A DNA stretch of 64,000 nucleotides from Nitrospirales bacterium (GTDB lineage Bacteria > Nitrospirota > Nitrospiria > Nitrospirales > UBA8639). The DNA lies in assembly GCA_965203295.1 (NCBI GenBank), contig CBDBCZ010000012.1, positions 544,001 to 608,000 of the forward strand, given 5' to 3'. The translations under genes were made by a program, and so were the position numbers. Positions 48,701 through 59,979 of this stretch are shown here, piece by piece. How positions within the stretch are numbered: the stretch's first letter is position 1; the number at the start of each line of letters is the position of its first letter. The notes below the pieces were generated by a model, which saw nothing but the letters and a program-made list of their open reading frames with translations, did no database searches and was not told the DNA's origin.

Positions 48701-51700
48701 ACGGCTATAAACGCTCTTATTCTCACTAACTTCCTGCCAAATCTCTTGCATGTTACTTCTTTCAGCTTTCGTAACATATCCACTAACATAGTGAGCAAGA
48801 GCTAGCGAGGATTCTGCCACAAACTGGACATTGATATTAGCCTTCCAGAGCATTAGCAGGAGAGGATTGTAGTCGTTCACTCTTACCTCTGATTCTGTGC
48901 GCCTCAGTTGGTATATTCTATTCCGTGACTTGAGACTATCTTGTACGGAATTTAGTTTTGCGTTTTCGCAAACTTGGCGAGGGAATCCAAACCGGCACCT
49001 GGTAACGAACGTATTACTAGCACACTTTTGTCTTCGCTTGCAATACGCACTACACTTGTGGGTTTGGTATCGAGTAACCAGCCTATGTAACTCAGGATCA
49101 GATTCCTTGTCTGGAATGTGACAAGTAACCCTCTCCTGAATCCAAGCTAGCACTTTTTCGGGATCATCGCGACCAATTACTGGTGCATCTCCTATCCACA
49201 GCAGCACGTGATAATGAGGAGCCCCACGCGCCTGGTACTCTTTCTTCCAGTAGAAATGCTCAACCTTACCGAGGACCTCACCTTTCACTACAACTGTGCG
49301 AAAGAAAGCATGAAACTTCAATGAAAACTTCCTGGAAACTGAGATGGGGTCCTCAGTACAGAGCTTCCCAATGTCATAGCTGGGAGAGACGTCATTCACT
49401 CTCCTCAGGTACTCTGTGATATCGGGCGACTCGTACTCGGCACAGCTAAATGTTAGAAACAGAGTAGGTGAACCCCACTCACGTATCATACACCTAAGCT
49501 CACTTTGCCGAATGAACCAGTACTGCTTTGTACCACGTACCGACTGGAGCATGGTGCACAAATTCGCCTCAAGATGCTCATCAGAAACTTGTACCCTACT
49601 CAACAGAGTGCTAACTGTCATCGGCTGGCTTCTGGTACATTTAAGCAGATTGTACACACCTGCCGACAGTTCTCGCAACTCTTTCTGCCAGAGTAAGTAG
49701 AACACGTACTGGGGATCTTTACGGAAACGTGAGTCTTTATTGAGCAGCCTTGATTTTATGTACTCACTGTGAGAGATTTTTTTTCACGGGGGTGAAACTC
49801 ACCAAATTTTCCAGTAGGAAAGAGAACCGGAAAGCACATGACATCGAGATGCTGCTGCCGATTATCTATGGGATCTTCCGTGACACCGAGCACTTTGTAT
49901 TGCTCGGTGTCAGATGCAGTCGACAGCTTGTTATCTAAGTTCCTGATGGTAAAAGCTTGAAAGCCAGCAATGTCGTCATCAGTGGCCTTCTCAAGCATGG
50001 TACTGGAAGTACCGTTTGTAACTTCTATGACCTTCTTAGCCGCCTCGTCAACGGAATCATCATCCACTTCCTTGTAGAGCCAGTTGCTCTCTTTTAGTTT
50101 TTGTATGGCTGCCTTGACGCGGTTTACGTCAACCAAGCTACGCCAAACCACTTTAGATTTCGTTGGCCTACCATTGACTATGATGTACAACTCGGGATCA
50201 GGTAATGCAGTGTCCCCAGACTGCTTCACCTGATCTAGAGTCTCAAGGGTTTTGTTCAATGGCAGTGGAAGAAAGAACATGGTACCCTTACATGCTTTAA
50301 GGGAATTGTAGATGGGTACTTTAGCAGTGTACGTACCGAGCCTGACAACAGTCTGATAGCATTTGGCACGCTGAATGAGCTGTCTGCTAAGAGAATCTAA
50401 ATCGGCTAGTTCTGGTGGTATAGGTACCATTTGTAATCCATTGAGGACACAGCGGGGAGGCATCTGTTTTTTTTTGATCAAAGGTTTGCAATAGTTGCAA
50501 ACATACAAGACTTCTTCGCCAGCATTTGGGTTTTGTTGCAACACATAGCTCTTTAATGCAGGCCACACCTCACTGCTGAGGTTGTCAGAGAGCTTGACTC
50601 GTGTAACGGACTTTCTCTGATGCAGTCGTTCGCAGCTACAGCATGCAAGCTCTGGAAAATCATCAATTTCTTTCTCTAGCCGAGCTATTAGCTGTGCATG
50701 AGTAAACAGAAGCTGCGATTCTAGGTGAGGCTGTCTAAGCATCGAATCACCATCTGCACTACCGGTACACTGTTCATAGCTTGACTCTACATCATTGCTG
50801 AACAGAGTATCAAAATCATCCACCTTGGTGAGTTCCATTAGTGCATGGAAGTCACCAGCACACAGAGCTTCGTCAATGTCATCCACACGCGAGCTGCTTC
50901 TAACAGCATCGTTTACATGATGCAACAAGTTTCCCAACACAGGATAATGTGTACAAGCAGCTCTGAGTATTCTGAGTTTACTCTTACACCCACCATCATT
51001 GGAACATACAATGGGATGACCCTTACAGTAAACAACAGAATTGTCACCGTCAACAACTTTAGTGTAGTGCCCATTAGGACAGCCATGATCAAAAGTGGTA
51101 CATGCATACCTGAGATGCTGCATGGGTTTTGCAAACGCTTCTTTAATTTCAAGGATAGCATCTACTTCAAAATTCGTGAGAGGTTTACATTCACTAGAAC
51201 ACTCCCACTTCTTGGGTCCACTTTTGCTACTGTCTGTCTTGATTTCAAGAGCTACCATACACTTCCCATTCTCATCTATGGGAAGAGCATAGTCTCTCTT
51301 CACATGCTGGTAAGAGGCATCAAAAAAGTAAGGCTCAGAAGACGCAGTGTGACAGCCTACACCAAAATCTTCACTTCCGGTGATCTGAATGGCATTGATC
51401 ACTCTAGTAGTCTTGAGCAAACACCCAGCATGTTCCTTGCGCAACTGCAAGGCTTTATTTAGCAGCCTAGTGCCTGCTACACTGCAGACAGTCCTTCCCA
51501 AAACCCTGGACATTTGTTTTGCTAGGCTTCCTTCTTGTTTCTTAAAAGCTGCTGTCACCCGAGCCCTGGCTTTACGATTGCTTAACAGACGTCCTCGAAT
51601 TTTTTTCACATACATCTGTCTCACATCAGGCTTGGGCTCTGCTAAGGCATACCGTCCTCTTCTATTGGCACGTATGTTTTTTCTGTTGCTAGCATAGTAC

Positions 51701-52290
51701 GCTTTAGAAGTGGCCAAATTAGCTGCACGCTTCTTGATATAGTTAGCACGACGAAATGCCTTCTTCTTCTCAGGGTCAAAGCTATAGCGTGCTCTAGCGG
51801 CAGCCTTCATCTTGTCAGAGTTAGCTCTATAGCGTGCCTTAGCAGCAGCCTTCTTCTTGTCAGGGTTAGCTCTATAGCGTGCCTTAGAGGCAGCCTTTTT
51901 CTTCTCAGGGTTAGCTTTATAGCATGCTTTAGAATGAGCATTAGCAGCAGCCTTCTTCTTGTCAGGGTTAGCTCTATAGCGTGCCTTAGAGGCAGCCTTC
52001 TTCTTGTCAGGGTTAGCCTTATAGCATGCCTTAGCGGCAGCCTTCTGTGTTTCAGAGTTAGCTCTATAGCGTGCCTTAAAGGCAGCCTTGTGCGTGTCAG
52101 GGTTAGCTCTATAGCGTGCCTTAGAGGCAGCCTTCTGCGTGTCAGGGTTAGCTCTATAGCATGCCTTAGAGGCAGCCTTCTGCTTGTCAGGGTTAACGGC
52201 ATAGTGTGCCTTTGAGGCAGCCGTCAACTTCTCCTGTTTTTCTTGATAATACTTTTTATTTTTTGCCCTTGTTTTCTTGGCAGAAGGCAT
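45735..52290 (-). pseudogene. Helentron Rep/helicase with C-terminal OTU protease domain; three lesions (frameshift ~49780, frameshift ~48010, TAG 47427-47429)
   Basis: HUH Rep motifs PTLFLTFS, EYQARGAPHYH, YVSGYVTK; PIF1 motifs GVGGTGKS, DEVSM, GDLLQLPPV, TIHKCQG, YVALSR; OTU motifs GDGNCLFRS...WG...HF; N-terminal 45-bp (15-aa) KAASKARYRANPDKK repeats and a DUF6570-like PIPPEL.L region. Confidence 0.93.
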
Positions 52291-54035
52291 TCTTGTATCA
52301 CTTGTATTGCTATCTCAATACAAATCGTGCTATAGCACTTATCTGAAGAAAGTAGAGTGTGACAACTCCGAGGTAGCAACGTTGTGTTGTAGGCTCGACG
52401 GCTGCTGTCACCAAAGAACCCCAAACGGTCACCTTGGGACAGTCTTGACAGCCACTATCAACAGACAAAGTAAGCAGAATAATAGTACTGCTTACCGGTA
52501 TATGAAATTTAGTAAAGACTTACAATACGGTAAAATTACGAAAAGTTAATGCACTTATCTTGCCAAAGACCGACAACTCCAAGATTAGGTTGCCAAGAAG
52601 CAAGACAAACTCTCTCTCGACACGGAACGCTGTTGCGATAGCGGTCGAGATCGAATTAACGCCCTACGGTTGCCTAGCGCTCGTTCTGTGACATGTCATG
52701 TGACGATGAGTGCGCATGCGTAGAAATAATAAAATGGCGTAAAACTGGACAGCAGCAGCTCGAAAGAGCGCACTGTATTATCACGTTCGAGGATCGGTTT
52801 GATCGTTATGAAAATGATGTTGTCGTGGACCTGCGCGCTCGAAAATGAAGTTCCTTCGTGCTACAATCACGGCCATCACTTGAACCAATTTTGAGCTAGC
52901 CTCGTTGAAGAATAATATTAAGAAGAAACCAGAATTAGAACGTGAACAAACTGGTAGTTCAGCCAGCTTCCAGTTTTCTACTTTAGCGAAGCTTTTTGGC
53001 AACTTTGTGAGGCTTGTTGGTTGCAGCAACCCCCGAAAATGAAGGTTAGGTGCCTATGAAAGCTTAATAGTAATTTTTTGGAGAGATTTGCAAACTTTGA
53101 TTTTATATTGCGTATATGGAGTGTCCGTGCCATCCCTACATAGAGAGTCTACCGACTCTCTGATTCATTGCAAAAAAAAATTTTGACTAAAGAGTGGTTG
53201 CTAAAAAGTGTGACTTTCTGTTAGGGGCAAAGTGTGGATAGCTCCTTCAGGTAGTGAACATCCAGAGTGTTTTCAATCTCTGACAGACTCTGTATTCACC
53301 AATGAACAAGGAGCATAATGTGGGATATTTCTGTCCAATCAAAGAAAACATCCTATCTTGTAATTCAAGAAGCCTCATAAATGATGAGTTTACAGCTGCA
53401 TGGCACTATGAATAACTTACTTATAGCCAATTGTATGCACTTACCTCAAATCAACTCGTAATACTATGTGTAAATTTAGAGAATGGTACATGTATAGGAA
53501 AATCTTTCTGACATGTGGCGGCTTTAGAAAAGCCATGTAGTTGAGAACTTTACTCCTCATGAAGACGAGGGCGCTTGGCAGCATGGGACTCTGCGATCCC
53601 TCCTTCCTCTGAGTAGCTGGTGTCCCTCTTATGGTACGCCTGCTTCTTTCTCCGGCAACTGGGAATGGTGTTGGTTCCACTGGCCAGGGTCTCCAACCTT
53701 GCCTCTTGTCTTCAAAATCTCTGCTGTTGCATCGTGGCGGTTGCTCGAAAAGTAATCACTTTTTAAGTTGTCATTGTTCTTTTCGACCCCTGACATGAAA
53801 AAAAGAAAAAATTATGTGTCTATCACAGAGGTCGAAATAACGTTTAATAACTGTCTGATCACTTTGTCCTAGCACTTTTGATTTTGAGTGGTCATTTATG
53901 AAATGTGTCTGGACGTCTCTGTCGCGGTAATTATGCCTTAAAATACTAAAACGCTTCAACAACAATTACTGAGAGGAAATAATTGAATACAACATTGTTA
54001 GTAACAAAAAAAGGAAACGAACACAAAGAAAACAG

Positions 54036-54700
54036 TCAATCTGTATCATTGTCATTTCCACTATCACTCATCCCAACGCTCAAGGATATCCTCAGTTTCA
54101 CTGTCTTCACTGGACTCTTGAGAGATATTAATGGGCCAGGGTGACAGCTACTGCGTGGCCTGTATTGATTTCTCTGTGTCTGAGCGGGTCTCCTGGCCTT
54201 GGCTGACCACCAAAGATCAATGCTAGGGTCAGCATTAAAGCTTGCTAGCGGAGTGTTATTGCTCTTTAAGAGCAATAAATCATCCCGTGACTCATTCGTG
54301 AGACATGAATGCTTGTCTACCTTGATTGTGCCAAGTGTAGAAAACACACGTCCAGCTTTCTGTTCGATGCCGGAAAGGAGAAGAGAAGCTCAGCGAGAAT
54401 CAGAATATTTGCCCACTCGGCTGAGTTCGGGGCATGAAAAAGTCTCCACCACACAGAGTGGTAGTCAAGGGAAGAGAGGGCGATGTACTGGGCAGCGTAG
54501 GCGATCATTTCAGAGAATTCAGTTTTGATGACATCTGTGTCTGCTTGAGCAGCGGTAAGTGGTGTGGCAAATCTTTCGACCAGACTGTCAATGGCTGCCG
54601 TATCACTTTCTTCTTTCACAAGACGCATCATGGTTCACCAGGCAGTGCATGTAGGGAGTGACTGTAGATGAAGGTAGTATTATTCAAAGTAAGCACAAAC
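54036..54700 (-). pseudogene. Decayed hAT transposase C-terminus (ZNF862-like dimerisation domain)
   Basis: VWWRLF...EWANILILAELLFSFPASN / (ER)VFSTLGTIK...LTNES.DDLL...IDLWW, split by a frameshift. Confidence 0.8.
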
Positions 54701-55249
54701 TGTGGATCAGCAAAAATTATTTAGTAAGAACAAAGCTCAGCTGCCATTTCTTCTGTTGTATCTCTACAAAGGGCTCCGCAATCAAGAGCTTGATCTCCTT
54801 AAGCTTAAGAACAGGATGATAGGCAGAACTGAAAATTTCGTGGTCCTCCTTTCTTTTCAGAGAAGCGAAGGTGTGGTTTCCTATGAATAGAGACAATTGA
54901 AGTGATAATCTTTAATTCAGCATTAACGGTATACCTTTTTAGCTCTAGACAGGACATCAGCAGCAATCCCAGGAAAAGATATTGTCAGTAAGGAAAAAAC
55001 TTGAGGTTGAGGAGAAGTGTGCACCATCACCACTAATGTTTGTCACTATTGACTTTCTGGAGTCAATGCCAGGGTTTCGATCCAGCTATTACAATATGGG
55101 GGAAAAGACTAGTATACACACACCCATCTGCGTATTACTACTTCTCAAGAAGAGGAGTCACTTAGGATAAGAGAGAATGGATTGACACGTATTTTAGAAG
55201 GGATGTCTAAAATTTGAGCCTTTGATGTTTTAATATGAAAGTCATTTCT

Positions 55250-56500
55250 GGGCTGAGGTACTCTGCCAATGCTTCCTTAATTGAATGGCCAATACGCTCG
55301 CTGATGGGGTAGGTCGAGGCAGATCATCGCCATATCCTTACACAGGTCTCTTCTTGCAGCCTTGACCTTGTAGCCCCTTGGAAGCTGATTGTGCAGCTAC
55401 AAGTAATTTGGTTGTGCAGCTACAAGTAATTTGGTTGTGCATAATGAATGAACACTTTACAGTTACATGTACATGCAGGATGTTGGTAACATACACAGTG
55501 TGAGTTCACGGTAGAACTGATCACACACGCTGAAACGGTCAAGAAGGTACAAAGTCTGCATTACCTTGTCGCTGCTGTCAGGAGTGGGTGGAGCAGGGGC
55601 AGGAGGGAAGGTGGGATGGTGGCTGCTGCTACCGAGGTCCAGTGATACAGAGGCTTCAGCCTGCGCACTTTTCAGTACTACAGACTCGGGCGAAAGGCCA
55701 AAGACTCGGCAAGGATAAGTGCTCTCTTTGCACTTGTCTGTAGCTGGCTGAGCTCGTGCCTCTTCTGCCTGCTTCTTCTGCCTGTTAGACACCTAAAAAA
55801 TTCATAACATTGAATGTAAAGTTCTGTAATAATGATTTACCTCGTCAAAAGTCTTCCCTGTGTTCGTGGACCTTTCCTTCTCTAGCTGTTGCTCACATTG
55901 CCGGGCCAAAAGCTTGCATTCTGCCACCTCTCTAGCCATCCTGGCCCGGAGATCCTCAACCTCAGCCATGAGATCAGCCATCTCCTTAATGCTTGCAACT
56001 ACTGACCTCATTTCATCAGCCAGCGACCGGCAGTCCGGCAGTCGTCAGAAGTGAGGGAAATGGTGATCTTCTTTTGCAAGATTGCCTCCCTAGCACGGCC
56101 TTTTGATGTGGTGACAGCACGATGAAGTGTCTTCCACCCGCATGATCGGTGTTTGGCCACTGCAAGGGGGATGCACAACGTTCAGTGTGTTTACCCCACC
56201 CTTCGTGGGATGTTATAGTTTTCCACATGTAAGGCAGGTGAGAGCCCTCTTGGCCTGGGCAGCTTTCTGAAATTTCAAAATCCTTGCGGCAATTGAGCTT
56301 GGCTGTAACTGAAATGATTGAAAGTAGTTAGTCCTCCGTGTGGAATTTTTTTCCAGTGCTTGAGGTATCCAGCTCCACTATAGCAGCCACCCCAGCAATT
56401 CAGACAAGCAGGCAGTGTGAGTTGAGCATCAGGGCATGAACAGCAATTCGTGAGACTGTATTTGTGCACGCACGTGTGAAATCCTGTTGTCATGGAGACT
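55250..56500 (-). pseudogene. Decayed TE-type gene, family unassigned
   Basis: Broken ORFs with a coiled-coil stretch and LYLLDRFSVCDQFYREL; the GGC.SGAGYLKHW block is also present at 28006-28203, so the sequence is repetitive. Confidence 0.4.
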
Positions 56501-56589
56501 CGTGCGTGTTGGTTCTATTTAACAAGTTGCTTTAAATATATGGTACGGTACTAGATGTACTATGGTTCGAACAAGTTTGCACGTGCACA

Positions 56590-56800
56590 TGCTTCCAGAT
56601 ACTCATGATGGGCATGCTCGTACTATCAGCATTTCTTCTACCTGAGAGAGGTTTTGAAAACATGGAGGTACATTGCCAGGATCCATATCTTTGGCGTCTT
56701 TCTTGTCCCTTGTGCAGGCAGATATATGGGTGTTCTGTTCCTGATACACAAGTTGGCCATATTTCATGACAGATGGTACATAGCTGCCATTTCTTCTGTT
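56590..56800 (-). pseudogene. Helitron Rep/Hel N-terminal (DUF6570-like) fragment
   Basis: CTICHEIWP and MDPGNVPPCFQNLSQVEEMLIVRACP(IM) across frameshifts. Confidence 0.65.
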
Positions 56801-58724
56801 GTTTTTTTTTAACCGATTTCTTAGCTGACGTAACCCAATGTTGAGTGTGTACGAGGTACACCAACTACTTGGTGAAGGAGAGAGCGAGGTCGATCCCTCC
56901 CTCGGGAACAAGCTAGAATTGAAGAGCAAGACTGCTACCATTGAAGTTATAAGCTTAGTGCTTCTCTTGCTTCCGTGTAATACTGCAATCCTACCATAAG
57001 CCTTCTAAGGTGCCCTAGATGTTAGTGCTTGGTGGGGAGGGAGGAAGCCAGCCTTATGCACCCACCCTAGCATCGCAACAGCTACAAGCAAGCAGCTGCT
57101 ACATTGCAACTATTTTCATCGGCCCAACTCAGCTTCCACCATGCCTGTTCAAGAGTGTTGATTAACCTAGGAGGTATTTTGTTAGTGTTTTCCTCCCAAA
57201 ACTGTGAGTGGTTCATTAACCACCCTTGTGTATGAAGGCATCACATCATACACCACAGCAACTGGCGCTCCTCATTTCTTAGTAAGTCCACTTGTGAAGT
57301 GCGTCTTGGTGGTATGATCCCATATGCATCAAGATAGGAGATACAACAACAGTGACAGTAAATATTTTCCACATTCAGCTAACCAGATTCACTGGCTCCA
57401 TGATGTAATACTGAATGCATAACCAAACAGACTTACTGGTAAAGCTGAGCTGTTGAGGCCCTGCACCCACAGCAGTTGGAAATTGGAAATTAATTATTAT
57501 TTGCCTCAACCTCTTCCAGCTACAACTGCATTAACAATAAACAGCCTGTATCTGGGCATCTACTTATTTTGATATTGCCTAATCCAAATCCTGACCCACT
57601 TATGAGATGAATTAATGTTGCATACTAGTTTCCTACAAAAGAGGCATAGAAGACTGCAGCCAGTCCTTGCAACAGTATTCTTGCCAAATGGCAGCTTTCC
57701 TGTACTTTATTTCATATACCTTGTACTCCAACATGAAACTTCAAAATCCTTGCGGCAATTGAGCTTGGCTGTACGTTCTCTCTTCTCGGCAGCAAGAAGA
57801 TTTTGTCTCATATAAGCCTATAAAACAAGTAGTTCAGAAATTCATGGATTAGTTAGTTAGAAAGGTTAAGGAAGTAGAAGTTTCTTAACTCACAATTGCG
57901 AAAGGGCTCTTCAACTCGGAGTATATCTGTATATAATAAATAGTTACTTCCAATAGATCTCTATTACTGTAACTATGCCATCAGTTGGGACGGGCCTAGA
58001 TTCATGAACATGGGAGTAGTATCTGAGCAGAACATAGATGGGAGAGTAGAATGGTAGATGATACGGGTTCTTTTCTTTACCTTTATCACCTTCATTCTAG
58101 CAATCACTGAGCTCACTAAAAAAAAATGAAGACTGTAACCTGTGGTAAGTGCATGCAGTGGCAGCAACGAACAAGCAACAACCCGTCCAGCAAAATTCCA
58201 ACCTTAATAGCTACTACCAACCTCCCATGTTTTGTTGGTCTTCATTGGCACTTCCACTGACTTTGATGAATTACCGTCTGTGAATTTATTCCCTCCACCG
58301 TACTCCAAAGATTGAATCTGCCTGCCTTCTGCTTTATAATCTGAGTTTTGGGTAACTGCTCTGACTTCTGCGTATACATGCTTGTTTTGTCTTATCCTGG
58401 TGGGTGGAATCTTCTTGATGCTGTAGCATGTAGAGCACACTACTCAGATATCCTGCATCAATTGGGTCAGCATTTTGTAGCTCTGTTTTTTTTTTCAGGA
58501 CTCAGTTATGTTCACGAACCTGTCTTTGTACATGTGGATGACATGTACACACACCCTTTTTCTTGTGTGATGGGTATGTTGCTATTTATCTGTCTACATT
58601 GGTTTCTTGATCAGAATCTTTTAAATATATGCATATTATATATATACATGAGCATATATATAGGTGCTAATAATAATGGTGACTAACATAGGTCGGCCTC
58701 TGTAGGAAAAAAAAGGAACAAATA

Positions 58725-59345
58725 GTGATTATTTTACTGGAGTGCCATCAATGGAATTGTAGCAACGTACTGGGTATGGATGAAAGCGGCTGCCGTGACC
58801 ACGGCCTCTCCCCCTGGGCCCACCGCGACCCCTCCCCCGGCGGAGCTCCTGGAGCTCCGCCCACAGTTCTGAAACCTGAAATAAGACATTTTATTATAGC
58901 TGAATGCCCAGGTGTATATTATGTACATGCCATTGTACGTGGTCTTGCAAGCCAGACCATATCATGACGTAATGCACTCAATATTCTGGTGTTTGAGGTG
59001 AGATGAAGTGTTGCGTACTTCTGTCAGAAGCTAAGATGGACCTGGAGGAGGGGGACTGAACGGGTCCGGAGGGGAACTCGTTGGGCCTGGAGGGGACTGG
59101 TCGGGTCCGGAGGGGAACTCGTCATGACATAATGCACTCTACATTTTGGTATTTGAGAAGAGATAAAGTGTTACGTACTTCTTTCAGAATGTCAGATGGA
59201 CTGGGAGGAGGGTTCGGGTCTGGAGGGCTGGTCGTGCCCGGAGGAGGAGGTGGGGGACCGGTCGGGTCTGGAGGTGGGGAACCAGTTTGGTCGGGAGGAG
59301 ATGGAGGATGAGGGGGGCTGGATCGTCCAGCTCCTGTCGCTTGCT
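58725..59345 (-). CDS. Small spliced Pro-rich/RG-rich gene fragment with an internal ~160-bp duplication
   Basis: Exon QATGAG...PPPSPSDILKE|gtacgt and terminal exon tttcag|VSELWAELQELRRGRGRGGPRGRGRGHGSRFHPY...; 58962-59120 duplicates 59121-59280. Confidence 0.45.
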
Positions 59346-59979
59346 GCAGTAGATTCAGTTCATAAGCACTTACTATATAAAAACTTATGAAAAGTAATTA
59401 TGTTCATAGTCATTTACAATCGCTCCGTAGTACACCGCGCCTCCCACCCCCAAAACCGCCGTGACTGTTCCCTCAGCCCCCGCAACAGCAGCGGTTATCA
59501 GAGCCATAGTTTAGTTCTCAGATATTATCTACGGTATGCAGCTGTAAATAATTATTAGTAGCGCCTTTGGCGCTCTAGCGCTAATCGAATCGCGGCCGGC
59601 CGTGTATAGTTTGAAGTTCATTGTAGCTGCATGCAGAAAATGTGTTAGCGACGTTCATTCACAAGCACATAAATACATGTATAGGCAATAATGAGAATGA
59701 ATTGTACACTCGACGTTAAGTGTTGACTGGAGAAATATTTGTATGAATTGTACATGTAGTTCTCTGTGTAAAATGGGTGGAAAAGCAGTCTTCCATTTTG
59801 CCAGATTTCTGAGTTCCAGAAAGGTCTCTTCCCTTTTCTGCTGCTATGCTTGCTGAGAGTATAGATCAGGAGTGTCCATTGCTGTCCAAAATGCTGAACA
59901 AAGAGTCTGGTTGAATAACCGTTTCATTTTAAATTGAGATTATTGTACATAACTGCTTCTGAAGGACACACAAGTTATA

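Larger units (their letters stand above)
30549..53165 (-). mobile_element. Helentron (Helitron2-type) composite region bounded by two inverted 53-bp 'end A' copies; the true left end may instead be 28961
   Basis: 30549-30601 is the exact reverse complement of 53113-53165; each has stem-loop AGAGAGTC-N4-GACTCTCT next to ATGTAGGGATGG, a motif shared with end B; Rep/helicase gene inside. Confidence 0.7.

Noticed and set aside
46323..52215. Plus-strand ORFs overlapping the Helentron gene
   Set aside because: Antisense shadows of the Rep/helicase frame with no recognisable motifs
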